A stretch of 64,000 nucleotides of DNA from Hypanus sabinus. Taxonomy: Eukaryota. The position numbers and the translations under genes were made by a program. Positions 39,025 through 51,108 of the stretch are shown here, piece by piece. Numbering within the stretch: position 1 is the first letter of the stretch; every line of letters begins with the position of its first letter. The notes under the pieces are model-generated. The model ran no database searches. It was not told the origin of the DNA and saw only the letters and a program-made list of their open reading frames with translations. Location of the stretch: NCBI RefSeq assembly GCF_030144855.1, contig NC_082722.1:20584001-20648000 (forward strand). Reading direction: 5' to 3'.

Positions 39025-41172
39025 AAAATTTTGTTGTTCGTCCTTCGGAGTCGAAGACGACCACGACTTCTGTCAGTTGGAGGGTTTGTGACTGTGGGTT
39101 CGCAGGTGACTGGTGAGGCCAATCCGGGCCCTGAAAGTTCGCCCACATGTTTGACACATGAGGGTAGGTGCTGCAGTGGAACTGGAGGTAGCTCGAGGCT
39201 TGCGCAGGCGCGTTTCCTCTCAGCCTCTGCGGTGCTTATGATTTCTGCTGCATACGCTCCTTTAGTGTTCCTGTTCCACCAGGTTGGTCGGTCCAGAGCA
39301 AGCAATTCCCAGCTACTGGGACTGATGTTGAAGTCTTTGAGGGACACTTTGAGGCAGTCTTTGAAACGTTTCTTCTGCCCTCCAGATGAGCGTTTGCCCT
39401 GGCTCAGCTTTTCATACAGCAGCTGTTTTGGTAGTCGATTGTCAGACATCCTGACGACATGGCCAGCCCATCTGGGTTGGGCTTTCTGTAGGAGGGTGTA
39501 GACGCTATGGGTGCTAGTCCGCTCCAGGACCTCCGTGTCTGGGACTTTGTCCTGCCATCGGACGTGGAGAAGTCTGCGGAGGCAGCTCAAGTGGAAGTGG
39601 TTGAGCTGTTTGGCGTGTCTGCTGTAGACAGTACAGGTCTCGCTAGCATAGAGGAGGCTGGTGAGAACCACTGCTCGGTAGACCTTCAGCTTGGTGGTAA
39701 GGCTGAGTCCTCTCCGCTCCCATACATTCTCACGGAGTCTCCCAAAGGCGGCACTGGCTTTGGCAATTCTGTTGCTGATCTCTGCATCTATGTTCACCGC
39801 TCGTAGTAGTGAACTGCCCAGATAAGTAAATCTGTCGACTGCCTGTAGCTTCTGCCCCTTTACTGTGATGTGTAGTTCCTGGTAGGGCTTTCCGGGCGCG
39901 GGCTGGTACATAACTTCGTTCTTTTTGCTGCTGATTGTAAGTCCACAGTTGTCACAGGATTGTGAGAAGCATCTTCTGTTCTGTGCTGGCGTTGAGAGCG
40001 CAATCAGAAGCGAATAAGGGGTCTCTAACGAGGGTCTTTTTTAACTTTGTAACAGCCTATAGACGCGGGAGGTTGAATAGCCCACCACCATTCCTGTATC
40101 TGACGTGTATACCATCCTGACAATCGCGGAAGGCATCATTCAGCATAGCAGAGAAGACCATGCTAAAGGGTGTAGGCGTGAGAACGCATCGTTGCTTCAC
40201 ACCATTCGTCACTGACTCGTCATCATCCTCCAAAACTTTCACCATCATGCCATCGTGGAACTGCCGAAAAATCGTGATGAACCTGCTAGGGCAGCCAGAC
40301 TCCTCCATTATCTTCCATAAGTCATCTCTGCTGACCGTATCAAATGCTTTGGTCAGATCACGAAGGTCATAAAGAGGTCGCTGTGCTGCTCTTGACATTT
40401 TCCTGGAGTTGGCGTGCATCAAATATCATGTCGACTGTTCCACGCTCTGCACGGAAGCAACACTGGTTTTCTGGGAGGAGACCTTGCTCACGGAGTTGGA
40501 GAAGGCGATTAAGCAGGCCGCGAGCCAAGATATTCCCAGCTATGGACAGGAGGGAGATGCCTCGGTGATTGTCACAAGACTGTCTGTTGCCTTTCTTTTT
40601 GTTGATGGGCACTATACTGGCATCTTTCAAATGTTGCGGCACTTTTCCTTCATTCCACATAGACTGGAGAGCTCAGTCAGCTTCTGTATCATGAATGGGC
40701 CTCCTGCTTTGTAGACTTCGGCAGGGATTACGTCTGATCCTGGTGCTTTGTTACAAGAAAGTTGCCAGATGGCTTTTCTGACTTCTTCTTCTGTGGTTGT
40801 CAAGGTCCAGGTTGATCTCCACCTGAGGTAGTCAAGCAATGGCCTCATCATTGATTTCTGCAGGGCGGTTGAGATCCTGGTTGAAGTGTTCACTCATCTC
40901 TCCAAAATCTGCTTTTTCTCTGTCAGCAGCCGAGTCCCATCTGAACTGAGGAGAGGGGAGGAGCCAGACGACTGAGGTCCATACATAGCCTTCAAAGCGT
41001 CGTAGAAACACTTGGTGTCGTGACTGTCTGCATAGCCCTGGATCTCATCGGCCTTATTGCTGAACGAGACATCCTGCATCTCACGGAGTTTCTTCTGCAC
41101 TTACCGTCTTGCACTGGCGAAGGCATCTATCTTTGCTTGTGATGTGGGATTGTTCTCGTGCGCTCTAAACAG
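39025..41172 (-). mobile_element. RTE-clade LINE, 5'-truncated, inserted antisense into the ERV RT
   Basis: 'KAPGSDVIPAEVYKAGG', 'HRGISLLSIAGNILAR', 'DLTKAFDTVSR', 'LFASDCALNA', 'WAGHVVRM...LPKQLLY...GGQKKRFKDCLK'; short caa-type tail near 39025-39040. Confidence 0.92.
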
Positions 41173-41404
41173 TTGGTGCAGACAATACACATTTTGTCAC
41201 CTACCGCAAGGCAATGTCCACAGCACTACTATGTGCCAAGACCTTAACTCTCATGATTTACACCAAATCCAGCTTCTCCCCGAGGTGTCGATCGCCGATT
41301 ACGTTGACGATATCCTCCTCCAAAGCCCGTCTGAGACCTTTGTCTCAGAAGCCCTTCACATGCTAATTGAATCCCTTAGGGAACGGGGCTGGTCAATTAA
41401 CATG

Positions 41405-41536
41405 AGTCCTAACGAAGTGTCTCGACCCGAAATGTTGACTGCTTCTTTCAACGTTTTTAGCCCGACCTGCTGAGTTCATCCAGCTGTTTTTTACGTCTTA
41501 ATTTGACCACAGCATCTGCAGTGTACTTTGTACTTA
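41405..41536. mobile_element. 132-bp Penelope-derived insert in the ERV RT with an 11-bp target-site duplication
   Basis: CAATTAACATG at 41394-41404 and 41537-41547; insert contains 'gtcctaacgaagtgtctcgacccgaaatgttgactg'; ERV frame 'GWSINM|EKV' is restored on removal. Confidence 0.8.
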
Positions 41537-43543
41537 CAATTAACATGGAGAAGGTTCTGGACACCCGCAAAAATGTGCTCTTTCCGGGAATACAATGGAT
41601 CTCTGGCCACAGAAACATCCCTGATGCTGCTAAAAATATATGGTTTTAAAATTTTGCTGTACCCTCTAATAATACTGACACACAGTGATTCGTGGGGCTC
41701 CTGGACTATTGACGACAGTATATTCCCCACTTGACCATGCTTCGTCAGCCACTCTATAGGATTTCCAGGAAAAAAAAAATCACATTTCTATGGGGACCAG
41801 AGCAACAGGCTGCTTTTGATACAGCTAAGCAAGCTGTGGAACAAGCAATGCCACTTTTTCCCCGCCAGGCGGGTCTGCCTTTTGAGTTACAGGTTACAAC
41901 CAGTGAGACGGTCGCCGAATGGAGCCTCTGGCAGAAGACCCACGGGCGCAGAGTCCCACTCGGCTTCTGGAGAAAGTCCCTACCTGAAGCCGCAGCGCCT
42001 TACAGCTCCTTCGAGCGCCATCTGCTAGCCTGTACCTGGCGCTCCTCGCCATAGAACACTGAACAGGCAGCGACCCTGTCGTCCTTCGCCTCCATCTCTC
42101 CATAATGCGATGGGTCAAGTCTCCTGATTCCACCCACAAAGAGGGCCGTGTTCAGAGGTCCTCCATTGTCAAGTGCAACTGGTACATTGAAGACCGGGCT
42201 TAACCCGGTCCTGAAGAGGTCAGCCGCCTCCATGAACAAGTCATGAATTTCCCCCTATCCCAGGACCCTACCCCGGACATTCCTAAGGTACAACCCTCCC
42301 CAGCGTGTTGGGATCAAAGCTTTGATACCCTCGATCCCGACAACAAATTGCATGCCTGGCTCACAGACGTCTCCAGCCGCTGGAAAGGGGGGGAAACATC
42401 GCGGAAAGCAGCAGCAGTTCATCCCGCCACGGAAAAAAAAATGACCACAGATGGTGAGGTGTTTTCCAGTCAACTTGCCGAGCTGGCAGCAGTAGCACTC
42501 ACCCTCCAAAACACTACCGGACCAATCCACATCTATACTGACTCCTGGGCAGTAGCTAATGACATTGCGGTGCGGATGGCTGTGCAAGACATGGGGTGGG
42601 AAATACCTTGGCGTCCCCTCTGGGGACAGCACCAGTGGCGTCTCATTTGGGACAAGGCTACCCACAGAAAAAATTCTGTCCACCATGTGGATGCCCATAC
42701 CCGAAAAGATAACGAAGAGGCATCATTTAACGCCGCGGTGGACTAGGCTGCCCAAATATCATCTGCTACCACTCCCACCCCTGACACAGACCCCAATGCA
42801 CTAGCTGCGTGGGCACACCACAAAGGTGGCTACATAGTGGCCGATGGCACGCTGCGTAGGGCTGAACAATTCGGTGTCGCCTTGACACTCACCGATGAAA
42901 AAGCTCTGTAGCTAACTGCCCCATCTGCCATCAGGTCAAGCCATGGGGCTCGCCGATAGGGCCACCAGGCCTTATCCGTCGCGGCACGGGAGCGGGTCGG
43001 ATATGGCAAATCGACTATACTGGACCGCACCATCAATGGATTGCAGTACCTCTCCTCTATCTATGGGGTCCCATGGGAGGTACAATCCGATCAGGTCTCA
43101 AACTTCGCTAGCGCCAAAGCCCAGACCTGGGCGGCTGAGGCAGGTCTCTCATGGCTGGTCCACATACCCCATTCCACCCCAGGCATCGAGCTTAACTGAA
43201 AGAATGGAAGACTTGCTTAAGGGAAATAAATAGCACACTGACACACTCTCGCACACTGCAGGGTTCTTCAAATGTCCTTCAGCAGGCCGTTGACCAATTA
43301 AACACACGGCCCAATGGCCAAGGGGGGGGGGTCCCCACTGTCCAGCCAACTGCCACACTCCCCATCTCCCGACTGGGAAACCACCGAACCCTTCCCCACC
43401 CGAGACCGAGGAATCGGGTATAGTATGGATACCCCCAAGAAGGGAGAAATTGTGCCGCGCGGTCCAGGAGATACCCGCTGGGACCCAATTCCGGGTATAT
43501 CCGATTTGTCCTGTATATATACCCGGCATTTACGAAGACGGTA

Positions 43544-44700
43544 ATGAGTTTCCTCCTGCCCGCCCACAGGACAATAGTGCTACATCAGTCATCCCTCCTA
43601 ATCGCTGCGATGATCGGCTTCGTGACAGCTGCCAACACTTTCCTCAGGGTCGCTTACGAGTTTCCCAGCACACAAAAAGATCGGACTGCTGGATCTGCAT
43701 GTGAACCCCAGCACACGCCGATGATGCGCTGCCACTCACGCTGATCCCGCTGGATGACATCGAGATGAACTGTTTACACAGACTGTTTGCTCTTGATGGT
43801 TTTAGTATATCTATTTGAGGGAGCGTGCTGGTAGTCCACCACCACTCTCCTCCCTACTACACAATGTCTCTTCCCTTGATCCCCGATGGTAATCAACAGC
43901 AAAAAAAACAGTTCCGCAATGTGCACACTTCCAACCTTTCAGTCGGTGACAGCGACTGCGAGCGAACCTTTTACCGGCTGCCCAAGTGACCACTGTCGAC
44001 AGTGCCGCTAAGCTGGGAACTCCCTGGATGTTGAACTGGACTCACTGGACCTGCGTCTACCGCGCCTACCCGTGACACCCCACAAGCCTGCTGCTTTCCA
44101 GCAAATATAGTGCCCTTCATTCACCCCCTGAACGACCTTGGGGTACACCCGGCATACAGCGGCCTGCGGGACAAGAGGACCGTTACAGAGGCGGAGAGGT
44201 TGTAGATGATAGCATTTTCCATTTATGGTGCAGCCCGATTATCCTGGGAGGTGATCCAGATGACCAGTGTGCTCGAGACTCTGGCCAACCGGACGGCAGT
44301 GACACTGCAACATACTGAGGATGCTCTCACCCGAACGGTGACCGAACTGACAGCTGTCAGGATGGTGGCCCTGCAGAAGTGAATGGCTCTAGACTACCTA
44401 CTCGCTGCTGATGGTGGAACAGGTGCAGTGATTGGTAAGGAATGCTGTACCTTTATCCCTGATGAGTCCAGCAACATCACTCACTTGGCTGCTCACATTC
44501 GGGACTCGGTGGCTAAAATTCAGAAATCTAGGCATCAACTCCTCCAGCACAACACCTCATGGGGCAATTGGTGGCCGTTTGGGAGCCGGGGGGATGGTGG
44601 GCAACTGTCATCCACTGCTCCATCGCCACATTCTTGTCATTATCACTATTGTTATACTATGTTGTGCATGCCAAATTATTAAGAGTGCATCAGGCTTTAC
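43544..44700 (+). pseudogene. env: ERV env, gamma-type, with stops and frameshifts
   Basis: Hydrophobic leader 'LLIAAMIGFVTAANTFL'; CWIC at 43687-43698; furin site RDKR at 44167-44178; immunosuppressive domain 'LQK*MALDYLLA' from 44371; 'GGTGAVIGKECC' (CX6CC with the first C changed to G); Trp-rich membrane-proximal 'WGNWW'. Confidence 0.88.
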
Positions 44701-44819
44701 TTAACTGCTTAGAAATGTTAACTTCTCATATACGTTGATTTTGTTTTTTACTCTCCCTTATGTGTCCTGGCTGTGTAGTGTGTCTTCTGAGGAGTGGAGT
44801 GCATCCAGACAACAGGGTC

Positions 44820-45413
44820 TGTCACGTGACAACACTGCCCACACCTGGTCGGAGGTCACAGTACCTGCCAGTCAACATTTCGCCCCTCCCAACTAATCAA
44901 TGTAAACTTAATCATTGTCCACTTTAATTGGACTAACCTGTCTAGCACCAAGCCTTTGGCCCCTTGACCTATAAAGGGTGCTGCACCCTTTTGGCTCGCT
45001 CTCTTTTGCCATCCACGAGGGACCACCCACTTTCACTCCAGTCTGAAGACTGCAGAACAGCGCTGGAGACCCGTGGTAAGGTGTGCATTGAACAGGGTTG
45101 TGGGAGCGTTTATTGTTGTCCCTATACTAGAGAGCCGTGCGCGCCCATAGTCAAGGGGCACCGGTATCATAGTTGATTTTCACTTGCTTGTATGTCTACC
45201 TTTATTCTGTCCCCACACCTTTTTCCCGTGTATTGACCTGCCGACTCGACTTTTCCCAAGCTAGTTTATTCTAAGCGCGTTTGTGCGAATATTGTGGCCA
45301 CGTGTGTTGTTCCTAAGCTTTTCTCCCCTTGTAAATAAACTCCTTATTGTTAAATCTATGTGTGCAGAGCTCTTGCTCCAGAGACCCGAAGAATCTATCT
45401 CATTTCAATCACA
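44820..45413 (+). repeat. ERV 3' LTR
   Basis: Starts TGTCACGTGACA; TATAAA at about 44970; AATAAA at about 45334; ends ATCACA. The 5' boundary is approximate because the polypurine tract is weak. Confidence 0.8.
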
Positions 45414-47591
45414 AAACGACATTTAGTTAAGGTGTTTAGTGAAACGCATTTTGCGTGTAATACATTGTCAGTGATTCGTCGAAGTATTTTTAACAGAGAT
45501 TTTGTCCTTTAGCACTGAAATAAATCAAAGTGATTAGCCAAGTTTCAACATTACGTCTGGCGTTCAGAGAACAGGATATCATTTATCGATAAAGAAATAA
45601 TATATAATTTATTGGATTGCTAGTAGAGGATTGTTTCTAAAAGATGGTAACATCTCAAAGCGATAGAATTGGGGCTGGGCGGTGTCGAAGTATCGGCGTA
45701 ACAGAGCAGCAATATGCGATGGCGCCATCTCCAGGCCGTCACAGCGACAGAATGGACTTGATTGGGATGATTCAGACGAAGGTACAAGCTTACAGATATT
45801 TAAAATCTTTAAAGCCGTTATCATTTATATTATTATTGCATTTACTTTCCATCTTCATTAGACTGTACTGAAATATTTTTGTCCGATAAATTATAGTACA
45901 GAAGTGCTATTTCATCAGTATTAGTGTGTGCTACATTTTTTTACATAGGGCATTCTCCATTGAGAGCAAGTAATAATAAATTTGCAACGACGTTGAGCTG
46001 CGCTAAAACTAAATACGTCTTAAAAAGTACTTCGGAAAATATCAACAGCGCTTAGCAATTCCTTGAGTAATTGGTCTACTTTTGCGATTTTGCTCTTCAG
46101 AGAAATAACAAACGGCTATTTGTGTTTTTCATGAGTAGATAAAGTAATGAATAACAACGATAGGAGTACAAAGATCCTGTCAACTACGAACAAGAAATAA
46201 CTGTGCATTTTTACTTGAAAATAAGTATCAAAACAATGTTTAAATGTGGCGAAAGCGACGAGATTTGAGATGCAAAGTGACCAAAGAGAAGGAAGTCAAT
46301 GGATTATTCTCAAAAGGACATCTACCTACCCAACATATGCAAGAGAATAGGTCTGAGCGGTACAATCTTGTTCCCAAGCATGTACGTTTCTATCGTTTTT
46401 GCGAATTTCTCTGGATTGCCGAAAATCTTTCAGGTATATATTGTTGTTTGCATTATCAGACAGAGGATATAATTCTCTGCCGATGTTCTCTACCTACTCC
46501 CCACCTTCTTCAATTCCGCACCTTATTCACCAACCACGCTGACCTGATGAGCAACAATAATGTATTGTTATAACAGGATGCTCACCCTGTTGTGTCACAC
46601 ATATATCTACCTGAACCGGAATTAATACGTCAATTTACTGACGATTGGCCAAATAAATGCTGGGCATATTTTATATTTATTTTGCTCGATTGGGCAATTA
46701 TGCAGTTTTAAACGCTGAGGTGCTTTGTGCAAATTATCATGTTCTTCGAGAGTAGACATCTAGATACATGATTCCAATATAAATCTACTTTACAACGTGC
46801 ACGTTATTCAGTTAAATGTTATGATTAGTCTAAACCTGACCTCCTTTAATGTGACCACGTGCGTATCTCTTCTACTTCAATGTGGGCTGCGCCAGGTACA
46901 CAGGTCACAATGCATTTCTCTTGCCTTTTGGGTGCCCTGGGATTTCTGTTACCACCATGTGATAGTGCAGTTTTATTTTACAGCTAAGCTTGAGCAGCAA
47001 GCTCAAAGTATATAAAACAGAAAAGTACTTATTTTTTTATCAACCAACATTTACTGAACAATTTTGAGGCACAGAGGTGTTATCGCAAGAATGCGTTGCA
47101 ATGTTTTTCACATATTCCAATCTATATTTCCCTCGGTTGAACTTCGAAATAAGTGAGAAGGAATAATTATTCCGTTGGCATTTTTACCTTGAAAATAAAA
47201 TTTCTCTGGCAGGTGATGATGACTTTCTGATTTGTCTTCATCCTCCGAAGATTGCGGAGGGAGAATCCTGGGGATATGGTTGAACAGAGGAGAGAAAAAT
47301 ATGGTTGAACATATCCGACATTTTCTTCTTGAATGACCGGGCAATAGAGAGAGGTGGAATGGCTTATTCCCAATACTAGTCTAATAATTCTTACTTTTAC
47401 TTTTTCCCGTGCCAATCGCCTCAAATAAATCATAAGAATGTCAAAGGGTAAATGATCTCTTTACTTTTCAACATATACATGTTATATCGATTAACAACTT
47501 TTGTCTGGATGCAAGAAATGAAACGAAGCAATGCCTCGGGGCTGCACGCATTGGCAGTTTATAACTCTAATCTGCAGTTGGATTCTCAGCT

Positions 47592-47723
47592 TCACAGGTT
47601 CTTTGATGTATTTACATCTGCCTACAATGTCTGTTGGTTTTGATGTTTGGATGTTGAGGTGTTCTTGGAATTGGGAAGCAAAAGAGCAGCGTATGTCAGT
47701 TTGCCAGCTCCATTTCTTTCAGT
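47592..47723 (-). CDS. Copy B of the terminal exon (ITIM intact, truncated at the second Tyr codon); possible alternative last exon or relic
   Basis: ttttcacag|ACT GAA AGA...: TERNGAGKLTYAALLLPNSKNTSTSKHQNQQTL*(ADVNTSKNL*); TAG ends at 47622. Confidence 0.55.
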
Positions 47724-49894
47724 CTGTGAAAATATTCCAAAATTAGCAGTTAACTGAGAATCCATTGAGTTCAAAAATTTGAATCGAAAATTGTAAAATA
47801 AATTAGTGATGCACTCATAAGTTATCAATTTTATATTTCTGCCATTTTACACAAAGTTTATGTCAATTATTTTTCAAAATATATTGTTTTGATTCATATG
47901 GTAATTCAGCTTTAAGAACCTGTGTTGTCCCACAGAATAATAAACGTTTCTTTTAACAAAGTCGAGTTGGGAGAGAAGGTAACTCCTTGAAGCAGCAGGT
48001 GTAGTAGAAAATATTTCACGAACTCAAAATCCAAGCGCATTTTTATTTTATATGTCTCTGATTGCCGCAAACTGTTTAGTCTATAGATCTTATGGGTATT
48101 TCCTCAGTCACACCTGTCAACAGAACTCCAATTGCACACAGACATTTTCATCAGTGACTACCACACAACTGACAGAATGAACGTTGGCACTTTGTTCATT
48201 CATATCGTATGAATTGGCTAACCCCAAATTTCAGTTGGTTCGTTTTCTCTCGGTTATTATCAGATATTCGTTTTCATTATTGAGCTGATAATGGACGTCG
48301 GAAAGGATGGCTATTCCCAGTTCCATGCTTTTTAGTGTTTCCTTGTTTGCAGATTAAATATGTGATTAAATTTGTAAAAGCAAGCGGAAAAAAACGATAA
48401 TCTCGAGGGTTACAGCATTTAAATCTGTAAATGCTGGAAATCTTGAGAATGCAAAAAAAAATACCGATGTAATGCATTCAGGTAAGGCAGCATGCATGCA
48501 AGAAAATAAACTGTCCACGTTTCTGTCCAAAGCGCTTTATCATGACAGCAAAAGAATGGGTCAGAAGCCATAATAAAAAGATGGGAAGAGAGTACAAGAT
48601 GGCAAGTGATAGTAGAAAGCAGGCAGTAAGAAGAGGTGTGTATGATGGAGGATGGAATGAAGTAGAAGCTCGGAGGTAATGGGTGGGAAAGGAAAAGGGT
48701 ACAAGAAGGAATCTGATAGGAGGGGACAGTGGACCCTGGAAGGAGGAGGGGCACTAGTGGAGGTGATGGGCAGATAGAGAGAAGCGAAGAGGTGAAAGGT
48801 GTTCTCTGTACCTACTCCCCACCATCCTTAGTCCCGCACCTTATCCACTATCTACGCTGACCTGATGAGCAACAGAAATGTATCATTACAACAGGATGTT
48901 CACCCAGTTGTGTCACACATACATCAACCCGAACCGGAGTTAAAGCATCAACGGACTATTTGCCAAATAAGCACTCGGTATATTTCAGATTCATTTTGCT
49001 GTCTTGGGCAATTGGGCAGTTACTAATTGTTGAGGAGCTCTGTGCAAAATACCGTATTCTTCGCGAGTACACATCTAGACACGTGATTCACATATAAATC
49101 TACTTTTCAACGTCCACGTTTTACGGTCAAATGTAATGATGAGTCTAACACTAATTTCCTTTAATGTGACCATGTGCATATCCCCTCTGTTTCAATGTGG
49201 GCTGGGACAGGTACACAGATTGCGATGCATTTCTCTTGCCTTTCTGGTGCCCTGGGATTTCTGTTACTACCATGTGATAGTGCAGTTGTATTATACAGTT
49301 AATTTTGAGCAACAAGCCGTGAATGTATTAGAAACAGAAGGGTACTGATTTTTCTTCATCATAAGATCAATATTCAAACACAGAGGTGTTATCGCGAGAA
49401 CATCATTTTTTCACATCATCAAATCTATATTTTCCTCGGTTGAACGGTGACAGAAGTGAGCAAGGAATAACCGTTCAGCGGGAGTTTTTTTTGTATCCTG
49501 AAGCAAATTTTCTCTCGCTAGTGGTGAAGAATCTCTTGATTTTTTTCATTCTCTGATCACTCTTCACGGAATATCTTCGGGGTGGGGCGGTACTGCAGGC
49601 AAAGTAGTTTTCTTTACTGAAATGATCGGGGACCGTTCAATGGAAATTATGACTGGGCAACCGAGAGAGGCGGAATGGCTTACTTACAATCTTATGTTAA
49701 ATTACTTACTTTTATTTTTCTAGTGATAATCGCTTCCAACAAATCGAAGACTAAATCGATCCCTGATCTTCCTAACTTACACATATTATATCGATTAGCT
49801 GTCTTTATCTGGATGCAAGAAATGAAACGAAGCAATGCCTATGTCTGCGCTCATTTACACTCTATAGCTCTAAACTGCAGTTGAATTTTCAGCT

Positions 49895-50026
49895 TCACAG
49901 TTCTTTTGAAGTATTTTCATCAGCGGATAATGTAAGTTGGCTTTGACGTGTGGATGCTGAGGTGTTCTTGGAATCAGGAACGGGCAGAGCAGCGTAAGTC
50001 AGTTTGTCAGCTCCATTTCTTTTAGT
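49895..50026 (-). CDS. Exon 7 (terminal, ITIM) of the V(J)-C1 receptor, copy C
   Basis: ttttcacag|ACT AAA AGA...: TKRNGADKLTYAALPVPDSKNTSASTRQSQLTLSADENTSKEL*; phase 0 matches exon 6; ITIM LTYAAL; AATAAA on the minus strand at 49711-49716. Confidence 0.72.
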   Translation of the reverse strand, partial: TKRNGADKLTYAALPVPDSKNTSASTRQSQLTLSADENTSKEL

Positions 50027-50708
50027 CTGTGAAAATATTTCATAATGAACGATTAATCGAGAACCCATTGAGTTGAACAAGTTGAATCAAAAATTGTAAA
50101 ATACATTAGTGATGCACTCGTAATTTATCAACAGATTTCTGCCGTTTTACACAAAGTTTATGTCAACATTTTATCAAGCTTTCTCTTCTTGATTCATTAG
50201 CTATTTCAACTTCAACAGCCTGTGTTGACCCACTGAACAGCGAGCGTTTCTTTCCTTACTTAAAATGAACCGCAACAACAAATTCGAGTTGGGAGAGTGG
50301 GTAACTCCTTGAAGCTGCAGGTACAGTACAAAATATTTCGCTAACTCAAATACAAGCATATATTTGTGTTATATGTGCTTGATTGCTGAAACCTTTTAGT
50401 CTATAGATTTTACTGGTGTTTCCTCAGTCACACCTGCCAACACAAGTCCAAATGCACACAGACACTGTCATCAGTGGATACCACACAACTGATAGAATGA
50501 ACGTTGGCACTTTGTTCATTCATGCCCTATGGTTACTCTGTTGTCAAAGTTCGGTATTTTCATAGAACCACTGTTCTGTTGGATCACTGTTCCTAGGTTA
50601 TTATCAGATATTTGTCGTCATTATGGAGCTGATAATTGGCGTTGGAAAGGAAGGCTATTCCTCGTTTCATACTTTTCAGTGTTTCCTCTTTTGCAAGTTA
50701 CATATGAA

Positions 50709-51108
50709 CGTCATGGTCCCGTCTGTCTGTCCCTCAGCTCGCTTTTATCTCCTTGATTATGCCTTAATTCCTGTCGCCTGATTCCCAGTTGCTGCTAGTT
50801 CACTTAATTACTGTACACCTGCTTTCCAGCAGAGCCTGCAGGAGAATAACTCTGTCCCCAGTGAGTTGGTCTATTCCCATGTGATGACATCGTTTCCCGA
50901 CCGCTTAGAACCGTTTGTTCTAAGTTCCACCCTAATTTCAAGTTATTCTATCAAAACCCTGTCTCCGTGTCAAGACTCCATATCAGAGCTCTGTGCCGAG
51001 ATTCCTCCTGCTTATCTGTTCCACATTTGTGATTATGGAAGGACCTCTCAACCCTAATTGCGTGTCTGTGTCCTGCTTTTGGATTCAACCCCAGTCACAC
51101 CTTTAACA
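50709..51108. mobile_element. Solo LTR-like insert, present only in copy C
   Basis: (C/T)GTCATGG...TTTAACA; copy B reads continuously across the site ('tatgtgattaaatttg'). Confidence 0.7.

Larger units (their letters stand above)
38225..43230 (+). pseudogene. pol: ERV pro-pol (interrupted, frameshifted)
   Basis: ALVDTGAQHTIIPGNP (DTG at 38351); 'RQYRVPGGHQEI...FNSPVWPVRKK...TVDYRNLNKV'; 'QYTFCHLPQG'; YVDD at 41300-41311; tether 'WSLWQK...VPLGFW'; RNase H 42243..42746; integrase WQIDYTGP at 43004-43027 followed by an internal deletion. Confidence 0.9.
36188..45413 (+). mobile_element. Endogenous retrovirus, ERV-L/ERV-S-like (class III) gag-pro-pol with gamma-type env; defective
   Basis: Paired LTR sequence, PBS-like TGG, gag, protease LVDTGA, RT YVDD, RNase H 'IYTDSWAVAN', integrase HH..CPIC and WQIDYTGP, env with CWIC, RDKR, immunosuppressive domain and ECC (see sub-features). 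Confidence 0.92.

Noticed and set aside
39970-40056. Apparent foreign insert inside the RTE between two ORFs
   Set aside because: It translates on minus as L*AVTKLKKTLVRDPLFASDCALNASTEQKM, the decayed RT catalytic region (LFADD), so it is part of the RTE.
45609-45871. CpG-rich patch with palindrome GATGGCGCCATC and a GC box, also present at about 14.1 kb
   Set aside because: Conservation is explained by the segmental duplication; no consistent ORF or splice structure is shared by the two copies.
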